Notes: generated by a model not told the origin, from the sequence alone. Shown: positions 44,123 through 53,604, counted from the stretch's first letter. The stretch is DNA of 64,000 nucleotides from Verrucomicrobiota bacterium (GCA_025363585.1 JANYDN010000177.1:7749-71748), one strand, 5' to 3'. Numbers and translations: made by a program.

Positions 44123-45522
44123 ACACGGAGTCGAGAAACCGCGGATGGATCGGGTCGGCATTCCGCGCGCTGGCGTTGGGTTCGGCGTTGGGTTCGGCCG
44201 CGTTGGGCGCGACGCCGGCGGCGGTTTCGTACACGCGGGACGTCGCGCCGCTGCTGCGGTTGAACTGCAACGGCTGCCACCGACCCGGGAAAGAGAAGGG
44301 CGGGGTCGATCTCACGTCGGTGGGGACGATGCTGAAGGGCGGGAAACACGGGCCCGCGGTGGTGCCGGGCGATCCGAAGACGGGGACGTTGCTCGGCGAG
44401 GTTTCCGGTCCCGACGCCGCGATGCCGAAGGAAGGCGACCGCCTTCAAGATGCGGGCGTGGCATTGCTGGAACGATGGATCCGCGAGGGAGCGAGGGACG
44501 ACACGCCTCCCGAGGTGGACTTGGGTCCGACGCGGTACGCCGCGCCGCCGGTGATCCCGTCGATGGCATTCTCTCCCGACGGACGTTTTCTGGCGGTGGC
44601 GGCGGTGCGCGAGGTGGTGTTGCTGGACGCGACGAATCTCTCGCGGATCGCGCGGTGGCCCGGGAGCGCGACGCGACCCGAGAGCCTGGCGTTCTCGCCG
44701 GAAGGGAAACGATTGGCGGTCGCGGGCGGAACGCCGGGGGTCTCCGGCATCGTGCAGGTGTGGGAGGTCGATTCGGGCAAACGTTCGGGTCAATGGCGGC
44801 TGGCGAACGATTCGCTCCTCGGCGTTTCGTGGTCGCCCGACGGCACGCGGTTGGCGTGCGGGGGTTCGGACAAAATCGCGCGCGTGATCTCGGCGGCGGA
44901 CGGACACGAGGAGACGCGGTTCGCGCAGCACTCGGACTGGGTGATGGGCGCGGTGTTCCTCCGCGACGGCCGTCGCATGGTCACGGGCGGCAGGGACCGC
45001 GCGTTGAAACTGGTGACGGTGCCGGAAGGGAGGTTGGTGGACGGGGTGAACCGCGAGATCGAACCGGTGGTGGCGATGGCGCGGCATCCGTTGGAAGACT
45101 GGGTGGCGTTCGGTGGACCCGAGGCGCGGGTGCGGATGTACAAGGCCGAGGCGAAGCCGGACAACAACGATCCGGGACGCGATCCCAACTTCATCCGGGA
45201 ATTTGAGCACTTCGACGGCGGGACGACGGCGCTGGCGTTCTCGGCGGACGGAAAACAAATGGCGATCGCCGGGTTGCCGGCGGGCGAGGTCCGCGTGCAC
45301 GCGGTGGCCGACGCCCGCAGGACCGCGACGTTGAAAGGGCACGGCGGCGCGGTGTTCGCGCTGGCATTCGCCCCGGATGGAAACCGTCTCGCGACGGCGG
45401 GATTCGAGGGGATGATCCGGGTCTTCGGATTGCCCAAGGGACAATTGCTGACGAATGCCGTCCCCGTGCCGGTGGATTTCGTCCATGCTGCGTTTGCAAA
45501 CCCCGTACCCACGCCGCCATGA
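44119..45522 (+). CDS. Planctomycete-type cytochrome c (PSCyt1, CxxCH) + WD40 repeat protein
   Basis: YTRDVAPLLRLNCNGCHRPGKEKGGVDLTS, LLERWIREGA, then WD40-like blades (AFSPDGRFLAVAA, AFSPEGKRLAVAGG, SWSPDGTRLACGG, AFSADGKQMAIAG, AFAPDGNRLATAG). ATGA overlap with the previous gene. Confidence 0.85.
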   Translation: MNTESRNRGWIGSAFRALALGSALGSAALGATPAAVSYTRDVAPLLRLNCNGCHRPGKEKGGVDLTSVGTMLKGGKHGPAVVPGDPKTGTLLGEVSGPDAAMPKEGDRLQDAGVALLERWIREGARDDTPPEVDLGPTRYAAPPVIPSMAFSPDGRFLAVAAVREVVLLDATNLSRIARWPGSATRPESLAFSPEGKRLAVAGGTPGVSGIVQVWEVDSGKRSGQWRLANDSLLGVSWSPDGTRLACGGSDKIARVISAADGHEETRFAQHSDWVMGAVFLRDGRRMVTGGRDRALKLVTVPEGRLVDGVNREIEPVVAMARHPLEDWVAFGGPEARVRMYKAEAKPDNNDPGRDPNFIREFEHFDGGTTALAFSADGKQMAIAGLPAGEVRVHAVADARRTATLKGHGGAVFALAFAPDGNRLATAGFEGMIRVFGLPKGQLLTNAVPVPVDFVHAAFANPVPTPP

Positions 45523-46067
45523 AACCCGAGTCGTCCGCGCCCGCCGCCACCCATTCGTCCGATGGCCCGCACTTTCGTTTCCACCGGCCGCACCTGCATC
45601 TCGCGTCCGCGTTCGGACAGGATTGGTTCGCGCTGAAGGCGGAGGCGTTCGCGCGGTTTTTCGGGACGCCGGCGTTTCTCGTGGGCCAAACGGCGATCGT
45701 CGTGGTGTGGATCGCGCTGAACGTCGCCGGCGTCGTGAGCTTCGACGCGTATCCGTTCATCCTCCTGAACCTCGCGTTCAGCCTGCAGGCGGCCTACGCG
45801 GCGCCACTCATCCTGCTGGCCCAAACCCGCCAGGCGGATCGGGACAAAGCGCATGCCGACGCCGATGCGTTGCATCGCGAGGATCTCGCGCGGGCGAACG
45901 AGGAGCGACAGGCACTCGCGGCGCAGCAGACCGCGATGCTGGTCGATCTTCTGCAACAAAACACGCGGTTGACCTCGGTCACCAAGGATCTCGCCGAACG
46001 GGTCGAGTCGTTGACCGCCGAGTTGCACGCCCGACTGATGAAGGGCCCCGGGCCGGCGTCGAGCTGA
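45519..46067 (+). CDS. DUF1003 family membrane protein
   Basis: FGTPAFLVGQTAIVVVWIALNV...FDAYPFILLNLAFSLQAAYAAPLILLAQTRQADRDK matches my recollection of DUF1003. ATGA overlap with the previous gene. Confidence 0.7.
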   Translation: MKPESSAPAATHSSDGPHFRFHRPHLHLASAFGQDWFALKAEAFARFFGTPAFLVGQTAIVVVWIALNVAGVVSFDAYPFILLNLAFSLQAAYAAPLILLAQTRQADRDKAHADADALHREDLARANEERQALAAQQTAMLVDLLQQNTRLTSVTKDLAERVESLTAELHARLMKGPGPASS

Positions 46068-46362
46068 GAGCCCGTTGTAGGCCGCGTGCCCCCACGCGGC
46101 GTTCCACCACGGGGTTCCGGCCTGATGGATATCTATTGCCGGTCCCGGCTACAAGTCTATGGACGCGCAATTCCTGCCGCCCCTTGGCGACTGGTTTCGA
46201 ATCGCAGGGCTGGCGTCTAGTGGCGGCAATCCCTCGGCCACCCACGCATATTTGAACCCATCGCCCCTTGGGTTAACGCCCCTGCGCGGCCGCGGGACAG
46301 AGGGTCCGCTCGGCCCTCGCCGCAGGACCCCTTTCGTGCTTTTCAGGCGGGCTCCGAGGCGG

Positions 46363-46400
46363 AAAAAAGAAAAGGGCCGGAACCCTTGCGGGCCCGGCCC
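46363..46400 (-). terminator. Intrinsic terminator (minus strand)
   Basis: Minus strand reads GGGCCGGGCCC-GCAA-GGGTTCCGGCCC followed by TTTTCTTTTTT: a GC-rich stem, a GNRA loop and a U-tract. Confidence 0.75.
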
Positions 46401-46759
46401 ATGGTGACGAGGTCATTGACGCCTTCACCCAGACGCTCAGATCGGCGATGAGGCCAACTGGAGTCTCGGTGCCCGCAACCTCACCGCCTAGCAAGACCTC
46501 TCTGCCAACCCTTAGCGGACACCCATCCAACCAACGCCATGAAAGACCGGGCTGCCCCCCATTCTGTTCAAGGGAATTTCCCCAAGGGGCGAAGCGTTTG
46601 GGTCGCCAACAAAACAGGGGATTTCACGCCGGCCTTCGGCGACTAAGCACGTTTGGATGAAGGCGGGCGTTGCATTGCGCGACTTATATCGTTGGGTTTT
46701 TTGGTGGGCGCTTGCTGCGTGTCGCCGGATGGGCGGGGAACAATCGCGGCGGGCAGGGC

Positions 46760-47482
46760 TCAACCGGGCTCGATGTCGGTGAACACGAGGGTCTGCGAAC
46801 GCCCTTCGATGACCCGCGCCAATGACGTTCCTCCCGAATTCATCGAACGTCGCAACGCTTCCTCCTTGCCGCTTCCCGACGCCATGACCCAGACCTCCCG
46901 CGCCGCGAGAATCGCCGCGAAGGTCAGCGAGATCCGGCGCGGCGGGGGTTTGGGCCCGGTCACCGCAAGATACGTGGCGCGGCTTTCGGTCACTTCCGGC
47001 GGAGCCCCGGGAAACAACGACGCCACGTGGCCATCCTCGCCCATCCCGAGAAACACGAGGTCCAACACGGGCAGCTCGCCGGCCTTGGCCGCGGTCACCC
47101 GACGCAAGTCCGCCTCGGCCTCGAGCGCCGCATCCGTCGGGTCGATCTCGCCGCGGATCCGGTGGATTCCCTCGGCGCGGATACCGGCGACTTGGAAGAG
47201 CGCTTCGTCCGCCAACCGATAATTGCTCTCCGCATCGTCCGGTGGAACGCAGCGCTCGTCCCCCCAGAAGAAGTCGACGCCGTCCAACGCGACCGACCGC
47301 CGAGCGGCCTCGTGCGCGGCGGCAGACAGGAAGCGCCGGGTGATCCGCCCGCCCGGGAGGGCCACGCGATGACGCGAGCCGGCGGCGCGTGAGCCCTCGA
47401 TCCGGTCGATCCATCGTTTGGCAACGGCGAGCGCGAGCGCGTCGGCATCGGCGTGGCGGAGCAAAGTGCCGGCGGTTCCCAT
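46760..47482 (-). CDS. pgl: 6-phosphogluconolactonase
   Basis: VALPGGRITRRFL, VDFFWGDERCVPPDDAESNY, DLVFLGMGEDGHVASLFPG, ISLTFAAILAAREVWVMASGSGKEEAL. Confidence 0.88.
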   Translation of the reverse strand: MGTAGTLLRHADADALALAVAKRWIDRIEGSRAAGSRHRVALPGGRITRRFLSAAAHEAARRSVALDGVDFFWGDERCVPPDDAESNYRLADEALFQVAGIRAEGIHRIRGEIDPTDAALEAEADLRRVTAAKAGELPVLDLVFLGMGEDGHVASLFPGAPPEVTESRATYLAVTGPKPPPRRISLTFAAILAAREVWVMASGSGKEEALRRSMNSGGTSLARVIEGRSQTLVFTDIEPG

Positions 47483-47485
47483 TGC

Positions 47486-48262
47486 TCAGTGCCGTTTCAT
47501 CGGGGCCAAGGGCGCGAGCGCGACCGTCGGGTTGTTTTGCGCGAAATAGTTCATCGACCATTCGGTCGGGAACAAGGCCACCGCGTTTTGCTCGAGGTCG
47601 AACGCGAAACGCCCGCCGGTCGGCAGCGACAACGCGTCGAGGTCTTCCGGCTTGGTGCCTTCCGGAAGCCAACGCACGGTCGTGAACGGGGCCGGTTCGC
47701 GCCGGGTTTCCGCGCCATACTCGGTCTCGAGACGAAATTGAAGCACCTCGAATTGCAACGGGCCGACCGCCGCCAGCAACGGCACGCGACTCGCCGTGTC
47801 CTTGAGATGGAACGCCTGCGCGACGCCTTCGAGCAGCAGTTGGTCGAGCCCCTGCCGGAATTGTTTGAACTTCGCCGTGTTCGGATTGTGGAAGTACTCG
47901 AACACCTCCGGCGTGAACCGCGGGATCTCGTCGAACCGGACCGACGCGTCCGTCGTCAGCGTGTCCCCGATGCCGAATCCGTCGTGCCCGACGAGCCCGA
48001 TGATGTCTCCGGGATACGCCTCGTCGACGGTCTCGCGTTCGTTGCCGAAGAGCTTGTGCGAGGAACTGAGGCGCACTTTGCGGCCGGACTGCACGTGCAG
48101 GACGGTCATGTCGCGCTCGAACTTGCCGCTCACCACGCGGACGAACGCGATGCGGTCGCGGTGGCGCGGATCCATGTTGGCCTGGATCTTGAAAATGAAC
48201 CCGCTGAACTGCGGGTGTTCCGGCGCGATGAATCGCCCATCAGACGTTGGTTCGCTCGACAT
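47486..48262 (-). pseudogene. prfC: Peptide chain release factor 3 (PrfC), C-terminal ~half only; GTPase domain missing
   Basis: FSGFIFKIQANMDPRHRDRIAFVRVVSGKFERDM...EAYPGDIIGLVGHDGFGIGDTLT...FTPEVF...LLAAVGPLQFEVLQFRLETEYG aligns by eye to E. coli RF3 from about residue 285 to the end. Upstream in-frame sequence is translated hairpin repeats, and the next gene ends at 48473, so no G1-G5 motifs are present. Confidence 0.65.
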
Positions 48263-48334
48263 GACACGTGGGCCGCACCGGCGGCCCGGCGGAGGAAACC
48301 AAATCCGGCCGGGTCGGCGCGAGTTTTTGTGGCG

Positions 48335-48466
48335 GCGATCGTGAGATCGCGGACCCAGACGTAGCAGCGATCGTGAGATCGTGGACCTGCTTGCCGTGGC
48401 AGCGATCGTGAGATCGCGGATCACGACCGGATCACGGCCGCCGGTTCCGCCGTCTCACGACGTCCG
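48335..48466. repeat. Cluster of four GTGA-loop hairpin repeats
   Basis: GCGATC-GTGA-GATCGC at 48335-48350, 48367-48382 (GATCGT variant) and 48402-48417. A degenerate inverted copy CCGCCGTCTCACGACGTCCG lies at 48447-48466. Confidence 0.9.
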
Positions 48467-48472
48467 CCACGT

Positions 48473-51115
48473 TTACTGTCGCGTCGCCCGGTAGAAACGC
48501 GGCACGTCCGTCGCCGGCAACGCATCGTGCGCAAACGACGCCGCGGAACCGTTCGTGAAATCGCCCAGCGGCGCCCAATGCTTGAGATCGGTGCTGTATT
48601 CCAGACGGAGCGTCGCGCCCGGTTCCGCCGCCGGATCTTCCGCCACGATTTCCATGCCGCCCTCCATGCCGCCGATCGCCACCAATCGCGGACCGCCCGA
48701 TCCGCCCGTCGTCGCCAGCGCTTTCACCAGCGCAACCGGCCGGCCATCGAACGAGGCCCTGCCCGACAAAGTTGCCTTGCCGGCGTCGGCAAAGGTGCAG
48801 CGCATCGTCCGGGAATTGCCGTCCGTGAACGGCCCCCAGCGCACGACGCCCGCGCCCGCGTCGTAGCTTCCGTCGGCGGTGATCGTCGAGGGCTTCGTCG
48901 CCACGCGGACCTCAAGCGCCTGGGCCGATACCGTTGGTCCCGGGATGAGACGCAACTCGAGGATTGAAGCGGAGCCGTTGGTCCCGGGCGTCCACGACGC
49001 CGTCGCGAGACCGGAATGGCGCGGCGGCCGGGCCGGCCCGGTTCCGGCCGAGGCGTCGCCTCCGGTCGAGGGCACCAGGAGAGGCGCGCTGACCCACCAG
49101 AGCGGCGCCGGGCCCGCAGAGGGATCGAATCGATAGGTCTCTCCCTCGCTCCACAGTTCGCCGGCGCGCGTCACGAAATCCATCGGGATGGTTCCGCCCG
49201 CCCACGCCTTGCCCGAACGCCACGCGGCGGCATACGACGTCAACTCCTCCGCAGTGATCCGGTCGTCCGCGGGAGCGATGTCCGCCGGATGCCGCCTGCC
49301 GCCTTGGATCAGCAGATCCCCGCCGATCGGGGCGGAGTTTCCATCGGCCACGTATTCCCCGTCGAATACCGCTTGGTCGACCCACGCGTCGTTGGGCGTG
49401 ACGTGATAGGTCAACGTCCGCTGGGCATCGCCGAAGAACGGCCCGAATTTCACCGCGCGGTTGGGCCCGTCGAAGACCCCGTCGTCGACTCCCGTCACGT
49501 GCCACCACGGCATGTCCGGCGGAGGCACCGCGCCGCCCTCGTGCAGGAAAGGCGGGTGATCCAGAATCACCCACGCCTGCGTTCCCGGTGCCGGGGTCAC
49601 GTCGATCGTCACCGCGAACGCCGTCCCGCCCGCGGCCGACGCCGGCAGATGCCGTATCGCCGCTCCCTTGGGCGGAACGATGTCTTCCACCACGATCGTG
49701 ATGGGCGCCGAAGTCACCCGCGTTCCCGCCGCGTCGATTCCCTCGGCGTGGAGCGTGTGGATGCCGGCCGGCGCGTCCTTCCAGACGAAAGAAATGGGAA
49801 GCTCCGCGCCCGGGGCCATTTTGCAGGTGATGCAACTCCAGTCCCCGCCGCCGATCAACCGGTCGCCCGCAAGGAAATCCACGTGCGTCAAAAGTCCCGC
49901 CGGGTCCCGCGCTGTCACCTTCAACTCGATCGGTGTTCCAACCGGGAAACGCGCGCCGTTCGCCGGGTGGATCCAAGTGATCGTCGCCGGATCGATGACG
50001 GGACCGTCGATGATCTCGCCGCGGGCGCGCGCGGGATCGCCGAGGACGTACGTGGGAAGGATTCCCGCCGACGGCGAATCCACGAGCTTCAGTTCGACCG
50101 TCTCCGTGCCTTCGGCGAGGGAATCGGCGACCGTCCAAAACGTGACGGTCGTCCCGGTTTGGCCGGCCGGCATGAGGACGTGCAACAGCGTCGTCGGGTC
50201 GATGAACGGGCCGTTGGGACCCGCGAGCGCGACGTAGTCGAGACCCGGGGTCGCGGTGCCGCCCAGGGAATAAAACACGGCGAGGTCGTGCGCCGCCGGG
50301 GCCGACAACGCGAAGCGGAAGATCAACGCTCGGCTCTTGAGATCGCCTGATTCCGACGCGTTCGCCTTCTCGGCGAAGACCGTCGCCACCGGCGTGTCGG
50401 TCGAACCCTGGACCAGGAATTTCCAAGCCGACTCCAGCTTAGTACCGTCGGCCGAGACCGCGGTGGCAACGACCGCGTGAGGTCCCGCCGGCGGATTCGT
50501 CCAGGGCCAGGTGAGGGTCCGCGGGCGGCCCGGGAAGATCGCGTCCTTGGTGAGAATCTCGGCGACGCCGATCAAAACCGTTCCCTCGTGGAATTCGACG
50601 CGTCGGATTTCAGAGAGCGGATCGAACGTGGTCACGACGAGCGGCACGATGCCGGGAGTCTTGACGGTGTCCCCCGGAAGGGGTCCCAGCCAGACCAACG
50701 ACGGCCCGCCGGTCAGGAGTTTCAGGACGTTCACCTTGGTCGGATCCGACGTGGCGAGATTCCCCGAGGCGTCGATGTGGCGCACCGTCAGCGCGTGGAT
50801 GCCGGGAGCCGCTCCATTCCACACGAACTCGTGCCGGACGGGAACGCCGGGAGGGACGGCCACCAGCGTGTCGATGTGCGACCTGCCGATGAAGTGGCCG
50901 TCCGCCAGGAAATCGAGGGTGTACGCCGCCTCGCCGCTGCTGACGGCGGTGGCGACGATCGGGATGGGCGACCCGGCGGGGAACATCGCGTTGGCCTTGG
51001 GCTGGATGATCGCCAGTTTGTAGACCGGCAGCGGTCCGTCGGTTTGTGCGAGGCCCGCGAACGACGCGATCCAGATCGCGGAAAGGAACGGAAGGATGCG
51101 GAAAATGGCTTTCAT
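48473..51115 (-). CDS. Large secreted protein with several Ig-like (Big_7-type) domains, a Calx-beta domain and a conserved C-terminal STDL..W..FYR tail
   Basis: Signal MKAIFRILPFLSAIWIASFAGLA. Three Ig-like units (FPAGSPIPIVATAV...VWNGAAPGIHALTVRHIDASGN; FPVGTPIELKVTARDPAGLLTHVDFLAGDRLIG...GIHTLHAEGIDAAGT). Calx-beta-like FYSLGGTATPGLDYVAL...ADSLAEGTETVELKL. Confidence 0.8.
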   Translation of the reverse strand: MKAIFRILPFLSAIWIASFAGLAQTDGPLPVYKLAIIQPKANAMFPAGSPIPIVATAVSSGEAAYTLDFLADGHFIGRSHIDTLVAVPPGVPVRHEFVWNGAAPGIHALTVRHIDASGNLATSDPTKVNVLKLLTGGPSLVWLGPLPGDTVKTPGIVPLVVTTFDPLSEIRRVEFHEGTVLIGVAEILTKDAIFPGRPRTLTWPWTNPPAGPHAVVATAVSADGTKLESAWKFLVQGSTDTPVATVFAEKANASESGDLKSRALIFRFALSAPAAHDLAVFYSLGGTATPGLDYVALAGPNGPFIDPTTLLHVLMPAGQTGTTVTFWTVADSLAEGTETVELKLVDSPSAGILPTYVLGDPARARGEIIDGPVIDPATITWIHPANGARFPVGTPIELKVTARDPAGLLTHVDFLAGDRLIGGGDWSCITCKMAPGAELPISFVWKDAPAGIHTLHAEGIDAAGTRVTSAPITIVVEDIVPPKGAAIRHLPASAAGGTAFAVTIDVTPAPGTQAWVILDHPPFLHEGGAVPPPDMPWWHVTGVDDGVFDGPNRAVKFGPFFGDAQRTLTYHVTPNDAWVDQAVFDGEYVADGNSAPIGGDLLIQGGRRHPADIAPADDRITAEELTSYAAAWRSGKAWAGGTIPMDFVTRAGELWSEGETYRFDPSAGPAPLWWVSAPLLVPSTGGDASAGTGPARPPRHSGLATASWTPGTNGSASILELRLIPGPTVSAQALEVRVATKPSTITADGSYDAGAGVVRWGPFTDGNSRTMRCTFADAGKATLSGRASFDGRPVALVKALATTGGSGGPRLVAIGGMEGGMEIVAEDPAAEPGATLRLEYSTDLKHWAPLGDFTNGSAASFAHDALPATDVPRFYRATRQ

Positions 51116-51257
51116 GAGGGTCGCGTCGATCCCGCGGGACACGCGGGGAATTTGCATCGATTGAATGGCACGAACGGGCGTGATCCGCAAGACGAGTTCC
51201 GGGAACGGCAATCTCTCCTTGCCCGCCGGCGCGTTCGCGGGAAGCTGTCGGCACCGC

Positions 51258-52187
51258 ATGAAATTCCCGTTCCGTCTTCTCGCGTTCGCGGCGTTCTCGC
51301 TGCTCGCCGGCCCGTTGCTCCACGCGGCCGACAAAAAAGTCGTCGTGATCGCCGGTCGCCCGAGCCATCCGCCGGGCATGCACGAGTTCCGCGCGGGATC
51401 GCTGCTGTTCGAGAAGTGCCTTGCCGGGTTTCCCGGACTGAAGGTCGTCGTCGCCAGCAACGGTTGGCCGACGAAGGTGGTGGACGGCAAGACCGTCGAC
51501 GACAACTCGGTCTTCGACGACGCCGCGGCCGTGGTGGTCTACGCGGACGGCGGCGGCGGGCACCCGGCGATCCAGGGCGACCGCCTCGCGTTGTTCGACC
51601 GGTTGGCGAAACAGGGGGTCGGCCTTGGGTTCGCGCATTATGGCGTGGAGGTGCCGGCAGGCGATCCCGGCGAGGCGATGCATCGCTGGGCCGGCGGGTA
51701 TTACGAGCACAAGTTCAGCGTGAACCCGATGTGGAAGCCGAGCTTCGAAAAATTTCCCGAACATGCGGTGACGCGCGGCGTGAAGCCGTTCGCCACGCAC
51801 GACGAATGGTACTTCAACATGCGCTGGGTTCCCGCGGGCAAAGGCGTGACGCCGATCCTGGTCTCGACGCCGAGCGACGCGGTGCGCAAGGGGCCGTACG
51901 TCTATCCCGCCGGACCCTACGACCACATCGTGGCGTCCAGTGGTCGCGAGGAGACCATGATGTGGGTTTTCGACCGTCCCTCAGGCGGACGGGGTTTTGG
52001 TTTCACGGGCGGGCACACCCACAAGAACTGGTCCGATCCGAGCCAACGCAAGGTGTTGTTGAACGCCGTCGTATGGCTCGCTGGGCTCGAGGTACCGGCC
52101 GGCGGCGTCGATTCCAATCCGACGGACGCGGAGCTCGTCGCGAACCTGGACGAGAAGGGCCCGAAGCCGGCCAAGAAGGCGAACTGA
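51258..52187 (+). CDS. ThuA (trehalose-utilisation-like) domain protein, secreted
   Basis: Signal MKFPFRLLAFAAFSLLAGPLLHA. HEFRAGSLLFEKCL, DAAAVVVYADGGGGHP, ATHDEWYFNMRW, RGFGFTGGHTHKNWSDPSQRKVLLNAVVWLAG. Confidence 0.8.
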   Translation: MKFPFRLLAFAAFSLLAGPLLHAADKKVVVIAGRPSHPPGMHEFRAGSLLFEKCLAGFPGLKVVVASNGWPTKVVDGKTVDDNSVFDDAAAVVVYADGGGGHPAIQGDRLALFDRLAKQGVGLGFAHYGVEVPAGDPGEAMHRWAGGYYEHKFSVNPMWKPSFEKFPEHAVTRGVKPFATHDEWYFNMRWVPAGKGVTPILVSTPSDAVRKGPYVYPAGPYDHIVASSGREETMMWVFDRPSGGRGFGFTGGHTHKNWSDPSQRKVLLNAVVWLAGLEVPAGGVDSNPTDAELVANLDEKGPKPAKKAN

Positions 52188-52288
52188 CCGCAACGGCGCG
52201 GACGCATGGATCCCAAACGAAGTAAGAATCTTCTAACGGTGTTCGTTCGCGCCGACTAACCGGTCCGTGTGTATCCTGCTCGCCAAGG

Positions 52289-53602
52289 ATGCACATGTGC
52301 TCGTCATCGGCGACGGCCGGCGGGAACCGACCGCGACTCCGCGCGGCTTCCGCGACCGGCATGCTCGCGCTGTTGCTGGCGCTGTGGCCATTGCGTCGGG
52401 CCCAGGCCGAGAACCGCGCCGAGTACCGGTTTTCCGACTACATCGAGGATTCTGACCGCATCAAGGTGCAGACCCACTCGGTGTGGTTCGAGTACGATCT
52501 CCAGAGCAAGGTCGCCCTGCACGGATCGTACGTGAACGACGCCATCTCCGGGGCGACGCCCACGGGCGGGCTGGTGAAGGACGCGGCGGGAAAGACATTG
52601 CCGGAACTCGTCACGATCAAGGACGAGCGCAACGCCGGGTTCCTGGAAACCGCGATCCGCGCCGGCCGCACCACGACGACGCCGCAGATCTCCTACAGCG
52701 AGGAGAGCGATTACCGGTCGCTTGGGCTTTCGTTGACCGAAGCCATCGATTTCAACGAGCGCAACACGACGCTCATCCTAGGGCTCGCGCGGAACAACGA
52801 CAGCGTCGGCAAGTCCTCGGATTCCACGTTCTGGCGATACAAGGGTTCGTGGGACGCGATGATCGGGCTCAACCAGATCCTCGGTCCGAAGACGGTGATG
52901 ACGGCGAACCTGACGTTCGGCTATTCGGACGGCTTTCTCGCCGACCCGTACAAGGGCATTGGGTTCGTGTTCGACCTGCCGCCGGCCGGCGATTCGGCGT
53001 TCGACACGTTCACGTTCGACTCGGAGCACCGGCCCCACCACAAGTTCAAGCAGGTCCTTTTCCTCGGGCTGAACCAGGCGGTACCGCAAGTCGACGCGAG
53101 CCTCGACCTGGGCTACCGGTTCCATCACGACGACTGGGGAACGATCGCGAACACAGGGGAAGTGACGTGGCACCAACGCCTGTTCAAGCGCGTCACGGTC
53201 TCGCCGATGTTCCGCTACCACCGCCAGACCGCGGCGGATTTCTACATGACGAAGATCAACTCGGATCCGGCGCTGGCGGGATCGAGGATCGCGTTCACGC
53301 CCGACGACCAGCCGTACGCGGTGGAAGGCGACGGGGTTTTTGAATCGGACGTCCTGACGCATCCGGGCGACTTCAACATCGTTTCCGTCCCGACCTTGCC
53401 CCGCTATTATTCCGCGGACTATCGGTTGAGCGAACTCGAGACGTTCACGTACGGCGTGACGGTGGCCATCAAGCTCTGCGAGAAGGCCACGCTGAACCTC
53501 GGGTACCAGCGCTACGAGATGCACGGTCTGGACGGCGTGACGCCGCAATCGGTCTATCCGAGGGCGCACGTCTTCAGCATCGGGCTCGGCGCCACCTTCT
53601 GA
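52289..53602 (+). CDS. DUF3570 family predicted outer-membrane beta-barrel protein carrying an ApbE-type flavinylation motif
   Basis: Signal (alternative start 52361, MLALLLALWPLRRAQA). Alternating-hydrophobic strands and a terminal aromatic (SIGLGATF), as in OM barrels. D-A-I-S-G-A-T at aa 84-90 (52538-52558). The family call is from memory of DUF3570 and its usual neighbours. Confidence 0.7.
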   Translation: MHMCSSSATAGGNRPRLRAASATGMLALLLALWPLRRAQAENRAEYRFSDYIEDSDRIKVQTHSVWFEYDLQSKVALHGSYVNDAISGATPTGGLVKDAAGKTLPELVTIKDERNAGFLETAIRAGRTTTTPQISYSEESDYRSLGLSLTEAIDFNERNTTLILGLARNNDSVGKSSDSTFWRYKGSWDAMIGLNQILGPKTVMTANLTFGYSDGFLADPYKGIGFVFDLPPAGDSAFDTFTFDSEHRPHHKFKQVLFLGLNQAVPQVDASLDLGYRFHHDDWGTIANTGEVTWHQRLFKRVTVSPMFRYHRQTAADFYMTKINSDPALAGSRIAFTPDDQPYAVEGDGVFESDVLTHPGDFNIVSVPTLPRYYSADYRLSELETFTYGVTVAIKLCEKATLNLGYQRYEMHGLDGVTPQSVYPRAHVFSIGLGATF

Positions 53603-53604
53603 CC

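Noticed and set aside
46150-46260. tRNA-like T-arm sequence (GGTTTCGAATC / GGGTTCAAAT) that might indicate a tRNA, tmRNA or att-site remnant.
   Set aside because: I could not fold a cloverleaf or an acceptor/T-arm pair on either strand. The flanking stems are not complementary.
46401-46759. Assignment of the post-pgl non-coding region to tmRNA, RNase P RNA, SRP RNA or 6S RNA.
   Set aside because: None of the signature motifs I know were seen: GGGG..5-prime/UCCACCA-3-prime plus a tag ORF; GAGGAAAGUCCGGGC; or the SRP GGAA/AGCA helix 8. It is kept only as an unclassified ncRNA/UTR candidate.
48335-48417. Possible CRISPR array: three GCGATCGTGAGATCGC copies at a 32-35 nt period, plus three CCGCCGTCGTGAGACGGTGG copies at 10409-10783.
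   Set aside because: The units are only 16-20 nt and there are only three copies. Spacing is irregular at the second locus (114 and 241 nt). The same hairpin is dispersed singly on both strands across the window, and there are no cas genes. They behave as REP-like repeats rather than CRISPR.
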